A DNA stretch of 64,000 bases from an uncultured Patescibacteria group bacterium. GTDB lineage: Bacteria > Patescibacteriota > Microgenomatia > UBA1400 > PJMF01. The position numbers and the translations under genes are program-made. The stretch lies in NCBI GenBank assembly GCA_905478415.1, contig CAJQIG010000005.1, forward strand, positions 65,598 to 129,597, read 5' to 3'. The stretch's first letter is position 1, and each line of letters opens with the position of its first letter. The notes under the pieces are model-generated. The model did no database searches. It saw nothing but the letters and a program-made list of their open reading frames with translations, and was not told the origin of the DNA. This document shows positions 59,169 through 64,000 of the stretch, one piece after another.

Positions 59169-60095
59169 ATGTCAGAATTTTTTTTAGCTGTCGATGGTGG
59201 AGGAACAAAAACCGATGTTGTTTGCGTAGATCAAGATGGAACAGTGATTGGTACCGGTAGTTCTGGCCCCATTAGTTTAACGGTTACGAGTGTAGGGGCG
59301 GCTAGTTTTAATTTGATTGAAGCTATTAGAGTTGCTATCGAAAATAATACTGAAATTACTTCTTTTAAAGCGGTTGTCATTGGCTTAGCGGGAGTCGATA
59401 CATCCGATGAGAGAGACCAAGCCGAAGACGTTTTTAAACGTGCATTGGCTCACTATCAATTTGAAAACTTTATTTTGCTTAATGATAGTGAAATTGCCTT
59501 AGCAAATGGTAGTAAAAATGAAAATGCACTTATTTTAGTGAGTGGTACAGGCAGTATTTGTTACGGTAAAAATAGTAAGGGCGAGACGGCGAGAACTTCT
59601 GGGATGGATTACCTGTTAGCCGATCAAGGATCTGGATATAGTATTGGTAGAAAAGTGTTGCAGGCAGCAATTAAAAGCTATGATGGACGAGGTCCTAAGT
59701 CTTATTTAGAAGAGTATGTGGCCAAATTTTTCATGATTTCATCTATGGCTCTCTTAAAAAATGAAGTTTATAATCCCGACCTGACAAAGAGCGAAATTGC
59801 TCGACTTTCTCCCTTATGTACACAGGCAGTCACAGTAGGTGATGAAGTTGCCACAAAAATTTTAGATGAAGAAATTCAAGAAATGGTGCTTTCTGCTAGT
59901 ACCGTTTTAAGAAAATTGCATACTGGAGATGAGTTGTTTGATGTTGTTTTTGCCGGATCAATTTTAGAACTTGATGAAGTTGTCAGCAAAGTTATGGAGC
60001 AGTTGGCTGCTCGGTTTACTAACATCAACTTTGTGCAACAAGCGAGTGATCCGGTGTATGGAGCGGTTAAGATTGCACTCCAGAGCCAATCATAA
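59169..60095 (+). CDS. BadF/BadG/BcrA/BcrD-type ATPase (N-acetylglucosamine kinase-like sugar kinase)
   Basis: FLAVDGGGTKTDVV N-terminal phosphate-1 motif. 308 aa. Confidence 0.65.
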   Translation: MSEFFLAVDGGGTKTDVVCVDQDGTVIGTGSSGPISLTVTSVGAASFNLIEAIRVAIENNTEITSFKAVVIGLAGVDTSDERDQAEDVFKRALAHYQFENFILLNDSEIALANGSKNENALILVSGTGSICYGKNSKGETARTSGMDYLLADQGSGYSIGRKVLQAAIKSYDGRGPKSYLEEYVAKFFMISSMALLKNEVYNPDLTKSEIARLSPLCTQAVTVGDEVATKILDEEIQEMVLSASTVLRKLHTGDELFDVVFAGSILELDEVVSKVMEQLAARFTNINFVQQASDPVYGAVKIALQSQS

Positions 60096-60116
60096 AAATA
60101 CGGTATAATACTATTT

Positions 60117-60614
60117 ATGCAACCTCATACTGGTGCTCTTATTACTTTGCTAGCTCAGCTTCGCTATGACGTTGGGGATAGTTACTACAAGGTTGATAGT
60201 GAGTGGAATCACAAACAATATTCAATAACGCTTCATGATGTCTTTCGGCATCAACTGGTGTTGCGTGTTGGTAATGTATACCCTTGTTATAGCAAGGTGC
60301 ACCTTGAAGTAGGTGGTGAGTTTTCTTTACAGAGTACGCTTGTAGAAGGTAGTCAGATTGATTTTATCAACATGCCAAAAGAGTGTCACTTTAAAATTGA
60401 ACATTCACACACAAATATTGTTGAAGAAAAGTACCGATATGAATTTGATCGAAATATTGTATGGATTCGCCGAGGTGAATACAACAAGGAAAATGGTTGG
60501 AGGGCTTCATTTGAAGGTCGTTATGAAGCCAGTTATCGTCGCAGTGAGATAAAAGATAGTATTAATGCTAATGGAAATAGAATAGAAGAAATCTACCGAT
60601 ACATACTGCCGTAA
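60117..60614 (+). CDS. hypothetical protein
   Basis: 165-aa ORF. No motif. Confidence 0.4.
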   Translation: MQPHTGALITLLAQLRYDVGDSYYKVDSEWNHKQYSITLHDVFRHQLVLRVGNVYPCYSKVHLEVGGEFSLQSTLVEGSQIDFINMPKECHFKIEHSHTNIVEEKYRYEFDRNIVWIRRGEYNKENGWRASFEGRYEASYRRSEIKDSINANGNRIEEIYRYILP

Positions 60615-60620
60615 GGATTA

Positions 60621-60923
60621 CTATTTCTTTGATTCAACTTCCAATTTTTGGAACCATCCTCTTTTATAGAGTAAGCCAATAATCGCATAAACACCGATAT
60701 CAGTCCAGGTATCTTCGATTGACTCATTTTCAGGAGTGCCATTTTTCATGAGTAAGTTTTTAAGTCGCTCCCCTTTTTCACTGATCCGAAAGGCAATTCC
60801 CAACTCTTTTATTGAGAGAATATTGCCTTTTCCATAGTCTTTATGCTTTTTGAGAAATGTTTGCAGCAGTTCTTCATTGACTAATTCGATTGCTTCATTC
60901 AATGTTTTTGGGTCAGACTTCAT
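60621..60923 (-). CDS. hypothetical small alpha-helical protein, possibly all-alpha NTP pyrophosphohydrolase-like (MazG/DUF1599-like)
   Basis: KDYGKGNI motif and paired acidic clusters (EELL, ESIEDTWTD). Assignment is tentative. Confidence 0.3.
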   Translation of the reverse strand: MKSDPKTLNEAIELVNEELLQTFLKKHKDYGKGNILSIKELGIAFRISEKGERLKNLLMKNGTPENESIEDTWTDIGVYAIIGLLYKRGWFQKLEVESKK

Positions 60924-61078
60924 GAGATTTCTTTCATTTTTTCAGAGTACTGAGTGATATATTCTTATAAACTAAATGAATTGCTAAATTCAAGAGGTGA
61001 AATTTTTTTATGTTGGGTATTGAGATTTGACTCCGCGTGGTTTTATGACGCGGAGTCGGGTATCTACTTTCAAAAACA

Positions 61079-61336
61079 TTACATTTTGTGCAAAAAATAC
61101 ATACTCAGTGCTAATAGGTTATTTGAACTGTCCAGCCTTTTTGGGCTATAAGAAGTCCAAAGAGGTTTAATCTGTGGGTGTAATGCAAGAAACTCAAGTT
61201 GTTCCCACCGTTCTGCATCGAACAATAAAAACAATCCACTAGTCACTGTTTCAGGTTTGAGATTTTTCAACCAGTTTACTGTCGATTCATCAGCAGCTAA
61301 CAGCCGCTCTTTTTCAGATGGGGTAAAACTATGCAT
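61079..61336 (-). CDS. hypothetical protein
   Basis: 85-aa ORF. A perfect 10-bp hairpin (gactccgcgt..acgcggagtc) lies downstream at 61029..61057. Confidence 0.3.
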   Translation of the reverse strand: MHSFTPSEKERLLAADESTVNWLKNLKPETVTSGLFLLFDAERWEQLEFLALHPQIKPLWTSYSPKRLDSSNNLLALSMYFLHKM

Positions 61337-61683
61337 CTGTGCTCCTTCCCAAACGTAAAAACGCTGGGCTAATGATTTGAAAGTTAAAGATCAGTATTTT
61401 TCTCGCGGATGAGAAAAACACCTATTTGTCAGGATTATAGACGTTCTCGACTAGTTTGGCAAAGAGTAACCCTTAAAAGTTGGGATAAAAGAGATATACT
61501 ATGATGGTTAAAAGCATAAAAAAGAAGGTTTGTATGTCTTTTCGTAGTCCCGAATTTAGTTCTTCTATAGAGAGAAGTGGCCAGCGTGTGTAAAACACAC
61601 CTCCTTTTTTACACTATTTAGAATTTGCAAAGTGGGCTGGTGATGTTTCGACAGTTCAGGAGATAGTTACTCGTTCACACAAA

Positions 61684-62229
61684 ATGGATAAAGCATATTT
61701 AGCTTGGTTAACTGTCAGAAAAGAAAATTTTGGGACGGGTTTTGAAGGATACCTTGTTGGAAATGTTACGACAGAAGATGAAGCCATAACAAGATTAGTG
61801 GGTTTAGGAATGGGTATTTGGGATGCTATCTATAGACTCCATAAGCATTCATACGCTCATAGAAAACAACTTGAAAAAGTCATTAGAGGTGAAAGTAGTT
61901 CTGTGAGTGCGATTGAAGAGTGGGCAGCTATTTTTGGTGCAGAATTAGCTCGACAACGAGCGCAACTGTTACATAACCCTGAGGGACAGGCATTTCGTTC
62001 TGAAACGAAGAGAAGGGTTGAGTTTTTACCAGCTATTGAGTACCAAGTTGATTCTACGTCACAAGTGAGGCAATCGTATGTGCTTCCCAAAACAACGCAA
62101 CTGAATAATCCTAAAAAAATAGTTGGAGGATTTACTGATAGAGAGCAACTGGCAGTACTAACAGTACAAGAAATTGGAAAGTTTGGTCATCCACTGCTTC
62201 GGGCTGCCATGCAAGTTTCCCATTTGTAA
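61684..62229 (+). CDS. hypothetical protein
   Basis: 181-aa ORF. No motif. Confidence 0.4.
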   Translation: MDKAYLAWLTVRKENFGTGFEGYLVGNVTTEDEAITRLVGLGMGIWDAIYRLHKHSYAHRKQLEKVIRGESSSVSAIEEWAAIFGAELARQRAQLLHNPEGQAFRSETKRRVEFLPAIEYQVDSTSQVRQSYVLPKTTQLNNPKKIVGGFTDREQLAVLTVQEIGKFGHPLLRAAMQVSHL

Positions 62230-62273
62230 AAGTATATCAACTGTTATACTGATAAAAAACAAAGGAATAGTAT

Positions 62274-63464
62274 ATGAAAGATATAGCTGCGGCTGCAATT
62301 GCAGTCCATCAAAAACATCAAGGTAAACTTGAAGTTGTTTCCAAGGTTTCGATTGAAAACGCTGACGATTTATCACTTGTATACACGCCTGGTGTCGGTG
62401 CAGTTTCCCGTGAGGTAGCTGCAGATGTTACGAAAGCCCGTGAGCTAACCTTAAACGGTCGTACTGTTGCAATTATCTCTGATGGCAGCGCAGTCCTTGG
62501 ACTCGGTGCTATTGGACCGCAAGCAGCCCTCCCGGTGATGGAAGGAAAAGCCTTGTTAATTAAACATTTTTCTGGCCTCGATTCATTTCCACTTGTTATA
62601 GATGCAAGAGATTCATCAGAAATTATCAAGTTCGTTCGCCAGGTTGCCCCAACGTTTTCGGCTATTAATTTAGAAGATATTTCTGCTCCACGCTGTTTTG
62701 AGATTGAAGAATCACTGCAAGATTTAGGTATTCCTGTTTTTCATGATGATCAGCATGGGACAGCCATTGTGGTGGCAGCAGCACTTTTAAATGCAGCTAA
62801 GGTAATCGATAAACCCTACTCTAGTTTGAAAGTTGGAATTATTGGGGCTGGAGCAGCTGGTCTAGCTGTGGCCAAGATGCTTCTCGGAGCAAACTGTCGG
62901 GCCAGCGAGTGTTCGTTTGTTGATAATCTTCCTCGTGTAGCTGACTTGGTTGTCTTTGATAGTAAAGGGGCATTGGTTCGTGGACGTTCAGACATGAATG
63001 TGTATAAGCAAGCAGTTGCAGGAATTAGTAATAAAGAAGCTTTGTCTGGTGCTCCAACATCAGTTTTATCTGGTTTTGATGTGGTAGTTGGTGTATCTGG
63101 ACCGGGTACTATTACTCCTGAAATGATTGCAGTCATGGCTGATAAACCAGTAGTGTTTGCTATGGCTAACCCTGATCCTGAGATTATGCCGGATTTAGCT
63201 CGAGAAGCTGGAGCGTATGTGGTAGCCACAGGTCGAAGCGATTTTCCAAACCAGATAAATAATGTGTTAGCATTTCCAGCAATTTTTAAGATTGCTCATA
63301 CATTACAACTAAGACGTATTTCTATGGAAGTGAAAATAGCTGTTGTAGAAGCATTAGCTTCATTGGTTGAAGAACCGACTCAAGATGAAATAATTGTGTC
63401 ACCATTTTATCCTGATTTAGTTGGAGTACTTACTCAAAAAGTTATTACAAAACTTTCTAGTTAG
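62274..63464 (+). CDS. NAD(P)-dependent malic enzyme (short form)
   Basis: VYTPGVG substrate motif and the GAGAAG dinucleotide motif. Confidence 0.85.
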   Translation: MKDIAAAAIAVHQKHQGKLEVVSKVSIENADDLSLVYTPGVGAVSREVAADVTKARELTLNGRTVAIISDGSAVLGLGAIGPQAALPVMEGKALLIKHFSGLDSFPLVIDARDSSEIIKFVRQVAPTFSAINLEDISAPRCFEIEESLQDLGIPVFHDDQHGTAIVVAAALLNAAKVIDKPYSSLKVGIIGAGAAGLAVAKMLLGANCRASECSFVDNLPRVADLVVFDSKGALVRGRSDMNVYKQAVAGISNKEALSGAPTSVLSGFDVVVGVSGPGTITPEMIAVMADKPVVFAMANPDPEIMPDLAREAGAYVVATGRSDFPNQINNVLAFPAIFKIAHTLQLRRISMEVKIAVVEALASLVEEPTQDEIIVSPFYPDLVGVLTQKVITKLSS

Positions 63465-63468
63465 AAAC

Positions 63469-64000
63469 CTAACTTTTTTGAATTGATAGAGTTGGGTATG
63501 GTATATTGATGTTTGCTCTATCTAGAGTATTCTTCACTTCTTCTAAGAGTGTGCTCTTGAGTTGAATGTAATCTTTTGATTCACACCAGACCATCAATGA
63601 AAGTATGATTGCAGAGTCTGCTAATTCATCGACTCTGATTTGAGTGGGATGTGTTTCAGTGTCTATGCTGAGTTCAGTTTGCTTTTGGATCGTTTTCAAA
63701 AGGAGTTGCTTAACTTTCTTAATGTCAGAGTTATAGGCAACACCAATTTTTATATCCACTCTTCTGAGATTTTGTTTTGAGTAGTTAGTTAAGACAGTAC
63801 TGGTGATTTCCGAGTTAGGTACGATGATAGTTTTATTATCTATGGTCAGTAGTACAGTACTAAAAATTTCAATTTTATGAACTGTTCCAGTATATCCATT
63901 TACTTCAATAAAATCACCAACTTTAATGGGTTTTAGTGATAAGATTAGTATGCCACTGGCAAAGTTGCTCATGCTGCCTTGGAGTGCTAATCCAACAGCA
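63469..64000 (-). CDS. mechanosensitive ion channel MscS family protein, partial (runs off window end)
   Basis: Pore-helix/beta-domain motifs GLALQGSMSNFASGILIL...PNSEI. Translation continues to the window edge. Confidence 0.7.
   Translation of the reverse strand, partial: AVGLALQGSMSNFASGILILSLKPIKVGDFIEVNGYTGTVHKIEIFSTVLLTIDNKTIIVPNSEITSTVLTNYSKQNLRRVDIKIGVAYNSDIKKVKQLLLKTIQKQTELSIDTETHPTQIRVDELADSAIILSLMVWCESKDYIQLKSTLLEEVKNTLDRANINIPYPTLSIQKS

Overview
This 64 kb window is low-GC (roughly 38-40%) and uses the standard genetic code, with TGA as a stop. Its gene content looks like a small-genome Patescibacteria/CPR-type bacterium such as Saccharibacteria: archaeal-type ProRS, split transketolase, a GH57/GH15 alpha-glucan gene set, many hypothetical proteins, and a compact F1Fo ATP synthase operon. 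The phylum call is an inference from gene content only.

Core genes I can support:
- DNA repair: mutY (partial, runs off the 5' edge), an MGMT-like protein, mutM.
- RNA modification: pseudouridine synthases RluB-like and TruB.
- Translation and secretion: epmA-efp pair, rpsU, proS, prs, secA, serS, lysS (fused to a C-terminal HD domain), greA.
- ATP synthase: atpBEFHAGDC on the minus strand.
- Central and sugar metabolism: pyk, split tkt, malic enzyme, GT-GH57-GH15-BadF kinase cluster.
- Other: an MscS channel that runs off the 3' edge.
- tRNAs: Pro, Leu, Gly, His, Arg, Lys.

Accessory or unusual content:
- A tRNA-Pro-associated islet: a very AT-rich APH-like kinase gene bracketed by ~75-nt direct repeats plus a duplicated tRNA-Pro 3' end. 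A third degenerate inverted copy of the repeat sits next to tRNA-Lys.
- An AT-rich island next to tRNA-His/Arg carrying YdeI-like, DoxX-like and DMT genes, an AlkD-like gene remnant, and an ArsR-SRPBCC operon with one SRPBCC gene interrupted by an in-frame TGA.
- A 1330-aa orphan protein and a surface protein with perfect 54-nt tandem repeats.
- A GC-rich ORF whose N-terminus echoes the surface protein's C-terminus.
- A DUF4258 toxin-like orphan.
- Putative T-box leaders upstream of proS and serS whose UGGN bulge matches the expected tRNA discriminator base.
- Two identical 29-nt hairpin terminators 26 kb apart.

No CRISPR array, integrase or transposase was seen. Minus-strand coordinates can be off by one because I counted positions by hand.
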